Positions 10,589 to 20,388 of a stretch of DNA of 64,000 bases are shown here, piece by piece. This stretch comes from Promethearchaeota archaeon (lineage in GTDB: Archaea; Asgardarchaeota; Lokiarchaeia; Sigyniarchaeales; SOKP01). The position numbers were made by a program, and so were the translations under genes. The stretch spans positions 22,920 through 86,919 of the forward strand of contig JAFGOA010000187.1 of the NCBI GenBank assembly GCA_016926735.1, read 5' to 3'. Position 1 is the stretch's first letter, and each line of letters begins with the position of its first letter. The notes below the pieces were generated by a model that was given only the letters and a program-made list of their open reading frames with translations, was not told the origin of the DNA and did no database searches.

Positions 10589-12034
10589 ATGAAAATTAAT
10601 GAAGATCTCAAAATATTTGATGATAAACTGATAAATAAATTCAATAATTTATCTAATCATAATATAGATTATTGGGATATTAGAGCAGGGTATAGTACAG
10701 GAAATTCAATCGAATTTACTGATAATAAAAGTAAAGAGATCTCTTCTTATGAGGTTATAAAATGTGGAATAAGAACTTTTACACAAGGCGGATGGGGTTT
10801 TGTAGTTGTTGAAGATCTTTCCAGAGAATCTCTGATAAATAATTTTAAAAAAGCAATCAAATTAGCTCAATTATCTGGATCCTTGAATAAATTCAAATTT
10901 AATATTAAAGAATCTGATATATTGATAAAAAATTTTGAAATTAAAAATAAAATTCCATTAGAAAACATTGATATAACTGAGAAAATTAATTTAGTAAGAG
11001 ATCATGAAAAAATTGCAAAAGAATTTAGTCCAAATATAAAAAATACTCTAACATTATATTTTGATGGAATTGGGAATGATATTTTTTTAAATTCATTTGG
11101 TTCTAATATTATTCAAAAATTATCACTTCTGAGAATATTTAGTTCTGTTTATGCTAAAAAAAATGGCATAATTCAAAGAGGAGTAAACTCTGTTGGGGGT
11201 ATTGGGGGATTTGAAATAGCAAAAACTAAAAAAGCAAAGGAAATAAGTTTACTTTCTGCAAAAGAAGCAGTTGATTTATTAGATGCCCAGTCTCCAATAG
11301 GAGGGACTTTTCCTATAATAATGGACCCTAAACTTACAGGAACATTTATTCATGAAGCATTTGGACATGCATGTGAAGCCGATCTTGTACTAAACAAAGA
11401 AAGTATATTAGAAGGAAAAATTGGGGAAAAATTAGCTCATGAAAATGTGACTATTATGGATGATCCAAGATTTGGGAGGGGAGAAGCTTTAGATTTACCT
11501 TATGAACTTTATGGAAGTTATTTTATTGACGATGAAGGAATACCTGCACAAAAAACCATCATTATTGAAAATGGCATCTTCAAAAATTATCTTCATAATA
11601 GAGAAACTGCTTCTAGAATGAATTTTAAACCAAATGGTCATGGAAGAGCATCTTCAAATATTAATAATCCACAGGTGAGAATGGGAATTACTATCCTTGA
11701 ACCTAATGATTGGACCTTAGAAGAAATGATTGAAGATACAAAAGATGGAATTTTATGTGAAGATTTTCAATATGGATATACAGATCCAACAACAGGAAAT
11801 TTTCAATTTAAAGCAAGATTATCATATAGGATTGAGAATGGGGAAAAAAAAGAATTAATGAGAGATGTATCTCTTTCTGGGATGACATTAGATGTATTAA
11901 ATAATATTGATGCAATCGGAAATGAAATAGATTTCTCTGATGGAATGTGTGGAAAAGGAGGTCAAAGCGTTAGGGTTTGTGATGGAGGACCTCATATTCG
12001 TGTTAAAAAAATTACAGTTGGAGGATTAAGGTAA
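10589..12034 (+). CDS. tldD: TldD metalloprotease
   Basis: HEAFGHACEAD, DDEG and CGKGGQ motifs. Confidence 0.93.
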   Translation: MKINEDLKIFDDKLINKFNNLSNHNIDYWDIRAGYSTGNSIEFTDNKSKEISSYEVIKCGIRTFTQGGWGFVVVEDLSRESLINNFKKAIKLAQLSGSLNKFKFNIKESDILIKNFEIKNKIPLENIDITEKINLVRDHEKIAKEFSPNIKNTLTLYFDGIGNDIFLNSFGSNIIQKLSLLRIFSSVYAKKNGIIQRGVNSVGGIGGFEIAKTKKAKEISLLSAKEAVDLLDAQSPIGGTFPIIMDPKLTGTFIHEAFGHACEADLVLNKESILEGKIGEKLAHENVTIMDDPRFGRGEALDLPYELYGSYFIDDEGIPAQKTIIIENGIFKNYLHNRETASRMNFKPNGHGRASSNINNPQVRMGITILEPNDWTLEEMIEDTKDGILCEDFQYGYTDPTTGNFQFKARLSYRIENGEKKELMRDVSLSGMTLDVLNNIDAIGNEIDFSDGMCGKGGQSVRVCDGGPHIRVKKITVGGLR

Positions 12035-12037
12035 AAA

Positions 12038-13411
12038 ATGTTGCAGGATCATGATATTTATAGTATATCTAATAAAATTCTCAATTCTCTTAATCAAAAT
12101 AATGAAATTAAATGTTCTGAAGTTTTTTTTGATAAAACAAGCTATATAAATATTGAAATTGAAGAAAATTCAATTAAATATAGTAAATTAGCTTCAGAAA
12201 GGGGGCTTTCCATTAGAATAATAGATAAAAGAGGGTCTTTAGGATTTTCATTTACTAATAAACTTGAAAATAAACCTATTGAATCAATTGTTAAAACGGC
12301 CATTTCTATGATGAATTGTGGTACTCCAGATCCGGATTTTAAGAATTTACCCCTTCTTTGCAATTCATATCCTGAAGTAAAGGGAATATATGATGAAAAA
12401 ATTAAAGATTTAGATATAGAAGATTCTTCAAAATATATAGATAATTTGATACGAATTTGTGATGAAGATGAAAAAGCAATTTCACAATCAGCAAAATTTA
12501 AATCAAGTTATAATGAAACTTATATTTTTAATTCAAATGGTATTGAACTTTATGGAAAAGATACAATTTGTTCGATTTCTTCAAATATGATAGTTAAAGA
12601 TAAGATTTCTAAACAGACCTCATTTGGATTTGATTGGCAATCTGTAAGGAATATTAGGGACTTGGATTCTGAAAGAATAGCATCAAATGCATTAGAAAAA
12701 GCAAAACAACATTTAAATAGAAAAAATATTAAAAATATGAAAGCTCCAATTATTCTTACTCCAACTGGTACGATTAACTTAATTATTAGTCCAATAATTT
12801 CTGCTATAAATGCTGAGAATTTTCAATATAAACGAAGTTTTCTTATAGGGAAAAGAGGGGAGAAAATCGGAACAGATATTTTAAATATTGAAGATAATGC
12901 TCTTATAAATGGTGCAACCGGGTCTTCTTGTTTTGATGATGAAGGTGTTCCATGCAAAAACAAAAAAATAATTGAAAAAGGCATATTTCTTAAACAGGGA
13001 TTACTTCATAATAGTTATACAGCTGCTAAAGAAGGAATTGATCCTACAGGAAATTCCATACGTACTTCATATAGCTCTCTACCTTCAATTGATTGTACTA
13101 ATTTTATATTAAAATCAGGAAATGAGAACAAAGAGGATATCATAAGTGATATTAATCTGGGCATTCTTTTTGAATATTCAGGAGACTCTGCAAATTTATC
13201 AACAGGAGATTTTTCTGGATTGATCTTACAAGGAAATCTTATAGAAAATGGAGAAATTAAACATTCCTTAAATAATACAATGTTTGGAATTAATCTCTTG
13301 GATTTATTTCAAAATATATCTCAAATTTCAAAAGAATATCAAATATATGGTCCTTATAGTGCTCCTTATGTATGTGTTGATAATGTTCAAATAATAGGAA
13401 ATAAGAATTAA
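12038..13411 (+). CDS. pmbA: PmbA/TldE protein
   Basis: FDDEG and TGDFS motifs without HExxxH; directly follows tldD. Confidence 0.88.
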   Translation: MLQDHDIYSISNKILNSLNQNNEIKCSEVFFDKTSYINIEIEENSIKYSKLASERGLSIRIIDKRGSLGFSFTNKLENKPIESIVKTAISMMNCGTPDPDFKNLPLLCNSYPEVKGIYDEKIKDLDIEDSSKYIDNLIRICDEDEKAISQSAKFKSSYNETYIFNSNGIELYGKDTICSISSNMIVKDKISKQTSFGFDWQSVRNIRDLDSERIASNALEKAKQHLNRKNIKNMKAPIILTPTGTINLIISPIISAINAENFQYKRSFLIGKRGEKIGTDILNIEDNALINGATGSSCFDDEGVPCKNKKIIEKGIFLKQGLLHNSYTAAKEGIDPTGNSIRTSYSSLPSIDCTNFILKSGNENKEDIISDINLGILFEYSGDSANLSTGDFSGLILQGNLIENGEIKHSLNNTMFGINLLDLFQNISQISKEYQIYGPYSAPYVCVDNVQIIGNKN

Positions 13412-13914
13412 GATGTGATATTTAGATGAAGTGTTAGAACATCGTAAAAATTTTCAATACCAAATTGAGGGACTATATATAATTCTAATATTATTATCCT
13501 TAAACCAATTGAATAAAAGGTAATTTTTAATTGCTCTGATATCCAAAATTGTTTATGATTAAGAGTATAGTTTCCAATTGTACTGTTTAATAATGCATCA
13601 TAACTTCCAGTCTCATTTATAATTGTGTTATTATCCCCTTTTAGAATTTTTACATTAAAAGTAAGATCTTTTCCTAAATGATTATCAACAGCAGCATAAA
13701 AAGAAATATTTTCTCCTATTGTAGCATTTGTTGGGTAATTTTGCATTTTCTGTTCTTCATTTAATACACTAAAAGTTATAAATCCCGGTTCTGGATTTAT
13801 AATTAGGAATATAAGAAAAGATGAAATTACAATAATTCCTGCTAAAAGAGAGATTGTGACTATTTTATTGAATTGTTTATATCTTTTTTTTAAATTATGT
13901 TTAGATTCATTCAT
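13408..13914 (-). CDS. Single-TM archaeal protein (DUF1616-like)
   Basis: N-terminal TM helix, F..L.....NYPTN...GE, V.NH.G, L.L.I tail. Confidence 0.6.
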   Translation of the reverse strand: MNESKHNLKKRYKQFNKIVTISLLAGIIVISSFLIFLIINPEPGFITFSVLNEEQKMQNYPTNATIGENISFYAAVDNHLGKDLTFNVKILKGDNNTIINETGSYDALLNSTIGNYTLNHKQFWISEQLKITFYSIGLRIIILELYIVPQFGIENFYDVLTLHLNITS

Positions 13915-13916
13915 TT

Positions 13917-14987
13917 CTAATTTCCCTTATGTTGTTCTCTGAACCATTGAATCGTCTTTTTCAACCCCTCTTTTAACGGAGTTTTAGGTTCCCAATTGAG
14001 TATATTTCTTGCTTTTTTAATATCAGCACTCCTTCTTTTGGGATCATCAATAGGAAGACCTTTAAATATTACTTTGGAATTTGAATTAGTTAATTCGATT
14101 ATAACATTAGCCAACTCTAAAATAGTATATTCTTTATCATTACCTATGTTGATTACTTCGCCAATTGCATTATCATTATATACCATTTTTAGAATTCCTT
14201 CTATTTGATCTGATACATATAAAAATGAACGAGTTTGAGAGCCATCTCCAAAAACAGTTATATCTAAATCATTTATTGCTTGATAAATAAAATTAGGAAC
14301 AACTCTTCCAAACTCAGGACCATATCTAATTCTTGGCCCTGAAGTATTGAAAATTCTCACAATTTTTGTTTCTAAATTGTGTTGTAATTCATAAGCTTTA
14401 ATAAAAGCTTCTCCTGCTCTCTTTGATTCATCATAACAGCTTCTAGGTCCTACAGGATTAACATGCCCAAAATATGATTCTGGAGTTGGAATTGCATCAT
14501 CTGGAGGGTCACCATAAACCTCAGAAGTACTTGTATAGAAAAATAATGCATTATGTGTTTTTGCTATACCTAATGCATTCATTGTCCCTAAGGTGTTACT
14601 TTTTAATATCGAAATTGGAAAATCTTTAAATTCAAAAGGAGAAGCTCTACTTGCCATATGCATTACAATATCAATCTTTTTGATATTACTCAAGCATATT
14701 CCATTTGGATGACTACTGATTCCAAAATATATTGGTTTGGAAATGTCATGGTAAATAAAGCGAAAATTATTTTTATTAATCAAGTGAATAATATTATCTT
14801 TTGATCCAGAGGCATAATTATCTAAACAAATACAGTTTGCTTTTTGTTTAACTAAAACATCACAAACCCATGAACCCAAAAATCCTGTACCACCAGTAAC
14901 AAGAATTGTCTTGTTTTCAAATGATACACCCTCATCTAATAATCTTTTATTAATATCATTGATGTCATTACTGATACTATAATCCAT
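13917..14987 (-). CDS. UDP-glucuronate decarboxylase-like NAD-dependent epimerase/dehydratase
   Basis: TGGTGFLGS, ASP, STSEVYGDP, RSCYDESKR, GSQTRSF and DDPKRR motifs. Confidence 0.92.
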   Translation of the reverse strand: MDYSISNDINDINKRLLDEGVSFENKTILVTGGTGFLGSWVCDVLVKQKANCICLDNYASGSKDNIIHLINKNNFRFIYHDISKPIYFGISSHPNGICLSNIKKIDIVMHMASRASPFEFKDFPISILKSNTLGTMNALGIAKTHNALFFYTSTSEVYGDPPDDAIPTPESYFGHVNPVGPRSCYDESKRAGEAFIKAYELQHNLETKIVRIFNTSGPRIRYGPEFGRVVPNFIYQAINDLDITVFGDGSQTRSFLYVSDQIEGILKMVYNDNAIGEVINIGNDKEYTILELANVIIELTNSNSKVIFKGLPIDDPKRRSADIKKARNILNWEPKTPLKEGLKKTIQWFREQHKGN

Positions 14988-15248
14988 TTAATATCTTTTT
15001 TTTTTTAAATTCTCTTGTTCTTCTTAAATTTTCTTGATTTTATTAAATTTATGAATTTTCATTGCGAAGGAATATTGAAATACTATAACATTGTTATTAA
15101 GTTCCATATATATCTTAATACTATCTTTTCTCTATTCCATTAATAAAGATTTCTCTCTATATTTATGGATTTTCTAATAATTAAACTTTTTTTTGAACTT
15201 CCTTTTGGAGATAACACATAAAATATTTAAAAATAAGATAATATCTGT

Positions 15249-15860
15249 TTATTGTGTTTTTCTTCCACAATATTGACAAAATTTTTGTTCAACAGGATAT
15301 AAATTGCCACAATTTGGACAATTATTTAAACTATTTTTTAAAATTTCTTTACTTAACATTTCAAAAGCATATTCTACATTTTCTCCGGTCTTAGCGGAAG
15401 TCCTAATTAATTCTCCTTGAAAATTAGCTTTCTTAAAGAATTCTTCACCCTCTTCTTTGCTTACTTCTCTTAAATCATCTAAATCATATTTTGTTTCTAT
15501 TATCAATTTGGTTTTTGGACTATTTGGAACAGAAGATATAATCTTTACCCATTCCTCCAAGTCTTCAAGTGAATCTTTATTTGTACAATCATATAACATC
15601 AATGCACCTGATGCTCCAGAGACATATGAAGGTAACAAAATTCTGAATTTTTTTTCACCGGCAAAATCCCATATATTTAATAAAATGTCGGTCTCCTCTG
15701 TAGATACTTTTTTAGTCTCAAAATCCACTCCTATGGTTGAAAGTAAATCTGCATGGAATTTGCCTGTTGCATAACGACGGATTAAACTTGTTTTTCCCGC
15801 ATCCTTAGCCCCTGCAACAACAACTTTGAATTTTAAAAGTCTTCTTGTATAATTTGACAT
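15249..15860 (-). CDS. Rab-like small GTPase with C-terminal zinc ribbon
   Basis: G1 GAKDAGKTS, STIGVDF, WDFAGE, TKYD, TSAK; C-terminal CPNC..CQYC. Confidence 0.92.
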   Translation of the reverse strand: MSNYTRRLLKFKVVVAGAKDAGKTSLIRRYATGKFHADLLSTIGVDFETKKVSTEETDILLNIWDFAGEKKFRILLPSYVSGASGALMLYDCTNKDSLEDLEEWVKIISSVPNSPKTKLIIETKYDLDDLREVSKEEGEEFFKKANFQGELIRTSAKTGENVEYAFEMLSKEILKNSLNNCPNCGNLYPVEQKFCQYCGRKTQ

Positions 15861-15999
15861 GATATATTTTTATATGTTATTTTTCGAAAATTAAAGTATA
15901 TATACATAATTAAGTTTATTGGTTAAAAATCTTTTTTTTACAACATTTTTTACAAACAAAAAATTTTTACAAATATTGATTTTTTCTTCTTTCTGAAAA

Positions 16000-18357
16000 T
16001 TATTCATTATTGTATTTAAATCGACTTATTTTATAGATCTCTTGAGCCAATTTTTTCCCAATATTCTCAGTTTTCATAAGTTCGCCAATATCTGCATTGA
16101 AAATATTCTGTATTGTTCGTATTTCTTTTAATAGGCTTTTAGCTCTTAATATATTAATTCCCGGAATACTAGAAACAACATATTCTAATAAATAAGCCAT
16201 ATCAGATGGAGCTTTTTCAAATCTCAATTTGATATTACCTTTTGATGTTGATTGTTCTTTTTTTACCAAATGATATAAGAAAGTTGTAGTTTCATTGACA
16301 TCTTTGGTTTTATAAATTGTAACACCTATTTTAAGAATTATGGACGAAATTGCTCCAAATATTGCATTTTCATTTATTGTAGTGTTCTCTAAAGGATCTC
16401 CTTCTAAGACAAGAATTGCATTTTTGAAATTTTTTTTTAATTCAAAAAGCTCTTTAAATAATCTGCCATCTTTTATAGAATCCGTAAAGTCTTGAGCACT
16501 TTTTCTTTCTATTCCTGTATTTTCAGAAATAATATAATCTGCTATTTCAAGTTGTTCCAACTTTATATTTAAATTCATAAGAGATAGATTTCTAACAACC
16601 GGAGATGCTGTCTCTCTAGTATCACAAATAATTGTATACATTTCTTTATTTTCAGTATCTTCAGAAATAAATTCTGTCTTATTATGATTTATATTTCTGT
16701 TTTTAGGAATATTTTCTTTTTTTTTCTCTGATAAAAAACTCAAAAGGTCTTTTTGTTCCTTTTTCTGATTATTATTAATATCTAGTTCTTTGATTTTTTT
16801 TAAATTATTATACATGTTTCTCTCTTTTTTTTTTTCTGCCCAATAATATCCTTCATCTCGAGTATTTTTCCCCATTAAAATATAAACTTTTCCTTCTTTC
16901 TTCCTTCCTGTCCGTCCTCTTCTTTGTATTGAGCGAATAGCACTAGGAACAACGTCGTAAAAAATGACCAAATCACATTCAGCTATATCTAAACCCTCTT
17001 CAGCTACACTTGTTCCTATGAGCGTGTTGTAAAAACCGTCTTTAAAATCTTTTAAGATATTTATTTGTTGCTTTTGTGTTAATCCTTTATCAGTTCCTTT
17101 ATTTGCTTGACCAATAAATTTATGAACTTTAATTACAGGATCATTTTTAAAAATTTTAACAATGTTATTTACAGAATCTCTATAATGACAGAAAACTAAT
17201 ATTCGAGATTCTGGAATCTGTTTTATTTGTTTATGAATAAGGTCTTTTAGTTTATCAATTTTAGGGTGGACTAAACCTTCTGATTGAATTTTATTTGTTA
17301 AATTTATTGCATTTTGTATGCTTCTATCTAAGAATAATTCTTTGAGAGATTTATTAGCAGTATTTTTTTTCAACTTTTCATTATTTTTTCCAAAATAATC
17401 TTTTAAAGCATTTATTCCTTGAGTTTCCAATAATTCGATCATATGTGATAATCTTATAGCATTAGCCTGCAATTTTTTTGCTTTAAATAATTGAAATTTT
17501 TCTCCCTCATCATAAGTAGAATTAATTTGACGGCTAATTTGATTATTCAGATCCAATAAATCTTTACGAGTTATTTTATTTATATCCACGGAATTTATTA
17601 AATCAATATTTTTGAGGAATTTATATATAGATCTTAATTTATCAGTTAAAATCTTTAATATCTCCAAAAATTCTTCTGGAAGATCAACCTTAATCCACTC
17701 TTGTTCAATATTATGAATATATGGCTTAACATCCGCATCCTTTTCTGTTCGAATTTCAATATTTTCAATAAATAAGTTTTCTTTTATTTCATTAATTTTT
17801 TCCTCAGTTGTCCCTGGACTTGCTGTAATACCAAGGATCTGGGAATTTTTTGATATATCTATATATTTTTTTGCAATGAAGCAATAAGCATAATCTCCTA
17901 CTGCTCGATGGCATTCATCAAATATAATTAAAGAAACATCTTTCAGAGAGTAGTTATTCGAAATTATATCATTTTGGAGTACTTGCGGGGTCATAAAAGA
18001 TATTTTAATATCCTTCCAAATTTCTCTACGTTCTTCTGGAGAAATAGATCCTGTTATTGATTTTAAAGAATTTAAGTCAAGGGTAGTCAATTTCTGAAAT
18101 GATTCATAATGTTGATTTACAAGAGGTTTAGTAGGGGCGAGAAAAATAACTTTTGAATCCGGAAATTCTGCTAATCTATGAACTGCAAGCATAAGTGCTA
18201 TTATTGTTTTACCTAAACCTGTTGGAATTATAACTAAAGAGTTATGATTTAAGCAATTGATAAAAATGTTTTCTTGATATAATCTTCTTATAACAAGATC
18301 TTTTTGTATTAATGGATGTGAAACATATGGATATTTATTTAAAGTCATACTATTCAA
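16000..18357 (-). CDS. hef: Hef/FANCM-type helicase fused to ERCC4 nuclease
   Basis: PTGLGKT, DECH, TASPG and QRRGRTGR helicase motifs, followed by DTRE, ADY, ERKS..D nuclease motifs and HhH repeats. Confidence 0.95.
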   Translation of the reverse strand: MNSMTLNKYPYVSHPLIQKDLVIRRLYQENIFINCLNHNSLVIIPTGLGKTIIALMLAVHRLAEFPDSKVIFLAPTKPLVNQHYESFQKLTTLDLNSLKSITGSISPEERREIWKDIKISFMTPQVLQNDIISNNYSLKDVSLIIFDECHRAVGDYAYCFIAKKYIDISKNSQILGITASPGTTEEKINEIKENLFIENIEIRTEKDADVKPYIHNIEQEWIKVDLPEEFLEILKILTDKLRSIYKFLKNIDLINSVDINKITRKDLLDLNNQISRQINSTYDEGEKFQLFKAKKLQANAIRLSHMIELLETQGINALKDYFGKNNEKLKKNTANKSLKELFLDRSIQNAINLTNKIQSEGLVHPKIDKLKDLIHKQIKQIPESRILVFCHYRDSVNNIVKIFKNDPVIKVHKFIGQANKGTDKGLTQKQQINILKDFKDGFYNTLIGTSVAEEGLDIAECDLVIFYDVVPSAIRSIQRRGRTGRKKEGKVYILMGKNTRDEGYYWAEKKKERNMYNNLKKIKELDINNNQKKEQKDLLSFLSEKKKENIPKNRNINHNKTEFISEDTENKEMYTIICDTRETASPVVRNLSLMNLNIKLEQLEIADYIISENTGIERKSAQDFTDSIKDGRLFKELFELKKNFKNAILVLEGDPLENTTINENAIFGAISSIILKIGVTIYKTKDVNETTTFLYHLVKKEQSTSKGNIKLRFEKAPSDMAYLLEYVVSSIPGINILRAKSLLKEIRTIQNIFNADIGELMKTENIGKKLAQEIYKISRFKYNNE

Positions 18358-18563
18358 GATAAGAAATTATTATTAAATGGAATATAGTTATTATACAGGA
18401 TTAAAAACTATATAAAATATTAGAGTCCTATGGAACACTTAAATCAAATTAATATCTTTTTAATAAATTATTTTTATAATTTCAAAAAATATTATTTTTC
18501 TATCGAGGAAACCTTAAGGTAAAAGTTTATTTCAAATAGGCGATTCTAAATTAATAATATTAA

Positions 18564-18730
18564 GCGCGGATAGTTTAGCCCGGTTATAACGACTTATTAC
18601 TTTGGAGGACCATAGTAAAACGTTAAACGCTCACACCGTGTAAATAATTATTCTTTATTAATTATCACGACGGTCGAGGGTTCAACTTAGAAGTTCATCT
18701 CGAATTTCATTGGAAATCCCTCTCCGCGCA
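18564..18730 (+). tRNA. tRNA-Val(CAC) with three non-canonical BHB introns (18594-18626, 18643-18671, 18687-18716)
   Basis: Removing the three introns at BHB cut sites gives a 75-nt cloverleaf: acceptor GCGCGGA/TCCGCGC-A, anticodon stem ACACG/CGTGT with loop CT-CAC-AC, variable loop AGGTC, T arm GAGGG-TTCAACT-CCCTC; CCA not encoded. Confidence 0.93.
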
Positions 18731-18857
18731 TTATTTAATAACATATCAATCTAGAATGAACTTAACTTTAACTGATATATTCATTATTTTTAATAATAAA
18801 AATTAAATGAAATGTTATATTTCATAATATAACTACTCTTTCTAGGTATTATTAAAA

Positions 18858-19160
18858 GTGTCAAGTTTCTTAGAATCTCGAGAATTAAGAAAGAAATATA
18901 AAGAAGTAAGAGAATATGTAAAGATTGGTCCTATCTTCTTAACACGTTATGAAAAAGCCAGAATTGTTGGTGCAAGAGCACTTCAAATTAGTTTTGGTGC
19001 ACCAATTCTTGTTGAAAAACCAAATGATATGATTGATCCAATAAGAATCGCTCAATTAGAACTTAAGTCAGGAATTCTTCCTCTAACAATCAGAAGAGAA
19101 ATGCCAAGTGAAGAATTTCAAGATGTTCCAATTAATAAATTAATACTAAAAAAGGATTAA
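18858..19160 (+). CDS. rpoK: DNA-directed RNA polymerase subunit K (Rpo6)
   Basis: LTRYEKARIVGARALQI and PLTIRR motifs. Confidence 0.96.
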   Translation: MSSFLESRELRKKYKEVREYVKIGPIFLTRYEKARIVGARALQISFGAPILVEKPNDMIDPIRIAQLELKSGILPLTIRREMPSEEFQDVPINKLILKKD

Positions 19161-19338
19161 TTGGATTTTTTCCTTAATTTAATATTTTAATATATTCATC
19201 ATTAATTCTTATGAAATTCTCAATATTTTTTTATTTTAAAAATCACATGGAAATTTATGTAATTATCAGAACTTTAAAAAATTACAGAGACCAATAATAA
19301 AAATAAAGATATAAAATTACTTTGTTTCTCATATCTTT

Positions 19339-19770
19339 CTATTGAATTCTATATTTTCCTCTTTCAGTAAGATAATAAACCCTATTCTCACCAACAATCT
19401 CAGATGTAACATATCCTTTAGAGATTAAGGTTCCTAATATTTCTTCTAATTCTGCTTTTTTATATGGTTCATTTCCCATTGGAATTCTACTTTGGTTTGC
19501 GATAATTGCAATTCTATTTAGGAACATTCGTTTATTTTGTATTGATTCTATTATTGTCATTTCATCATTACTAAGTTTTTGAAAACTATCATGAGTAATA
19601 ATTTGATCTTTTAATGTTTTAGCTAAGTTTAGCGTTTCAGGGCTTGCTTCTTGTTTTTGAGTTTCAACATGAGTTAACTCAACCATATCTTTAGCTACTT
19701 TTTGTTCTTTCTTTTTAGCGGCTTCTTCAAAATGAGATAATAACTCATTCTTTTTTTCTTCATCATTCAT
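19339..19770 (-). CDS. Hypothetical protein with C-terminal winged helix
   Basis: L..KGYV......YYLTERG wHTH wing motif. Confidence 0.6.
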   Translation of the reverse strand: MNDEEKKNELLSHFEEAAKKKEQKVAKDMVELTHVETQKQEASPETLNLAKTLKDQIITHDSFQKLSNDEMTIIESIQNKRMFLNRIAIIANQSRIPMGNEPYKKAELEEILGTLISKGYVTSEIVGENRVYYLTERGKYRIQ

Positions 19771-19815
19771 AGTAATACAATAAACAAATTAATTATAAAA
19801 ATTTATTATTCAATA

Positions 19816-20388
19816 ATGAAAGAATATTTCAAATTGAGTAATGGAGAAGAAATTCTAATTAGACATGTCAAAAGAGCAGATATTAATGGAATTTGGAAAA
19901 ACTTTAATGAAGTAGTGAAAGAAGGTATATTTCTTCCTGTTCTTTTTACAATTGATTCTCAATTTGAAAAACAATCATGGTTTGACAATATTAAAAAATC
20001 AAATGAATTATGTATTGTGGCTGAAAACCTTAATTTACAACCCCCATCCAACAATATTATTGGACAATGTGAAATAACCAATATAGAATGGGATGCTGCA
20101 ATGCATGTTGGAAATCTAGGGATAATCGTAAATAAAAATTATAGAAATATGGGTATTGGAAAAAAATTAATCTTATCTGCAATTGAAGAATCTAAAAAAA
20201 TAAATAAAAAGAAACTAGTTTTAAGCTGTTTTTCAAATAATAGACGAGCTTTAAATTTATATGAAAATCTAGGATTTAAAAAAATTGGAATCAGAAGAAG
20301 ACAATTTTTAATTGATTCTACTTATTATGATGAATTACTTATGGAATTGTTTATTAATGAAGATTTTGATGATATAAAAAAACTATAA
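19816..20388 (+). CDS. GNAT family N-acetyltransferase
   Basis: YRNMGIGKKL and N.RA..LYE.LGF motifs. Confidence 0.9.
   Translation: MKEYFKLSNGEEILIRHVKRADINGIWKNFNEVVKEGIFLPVLFTIDSQFEKQSWFDNIKKSNELCIVAENLNLQPPSNNIIGQCEITNIEWDAAMHVGNLGIIVNKNYRNMGIGKKLILSAIEESKKINKKKLVLSCFSNNRRALNLYENLGFKKIGIRRRQFLIDSTYYDELLMELFINEDFDDIKKL

Noticed and set aside
14660-14730. ~14-aa insertion in the UDP-glucuronate decarboxylase as a possible in-frame intron
   Set aside because: No intron stem or BHB geometry in the DNA
18595-18620. Apparent anticodon arm with TGG/TTG (tRNA-Pro or Gln) or a canonical 37/38 intron
   Set aside because: This hairpin is the stem of intron 1; only the three-intron CAC parse gives a complete cloverleaf
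18652-18659. TCTTTATT shared between tRNA intron 2 and the iorB intron
   Set aside because: An 8-nt AT-rich match is expected by chance; it is not evidence of common origin
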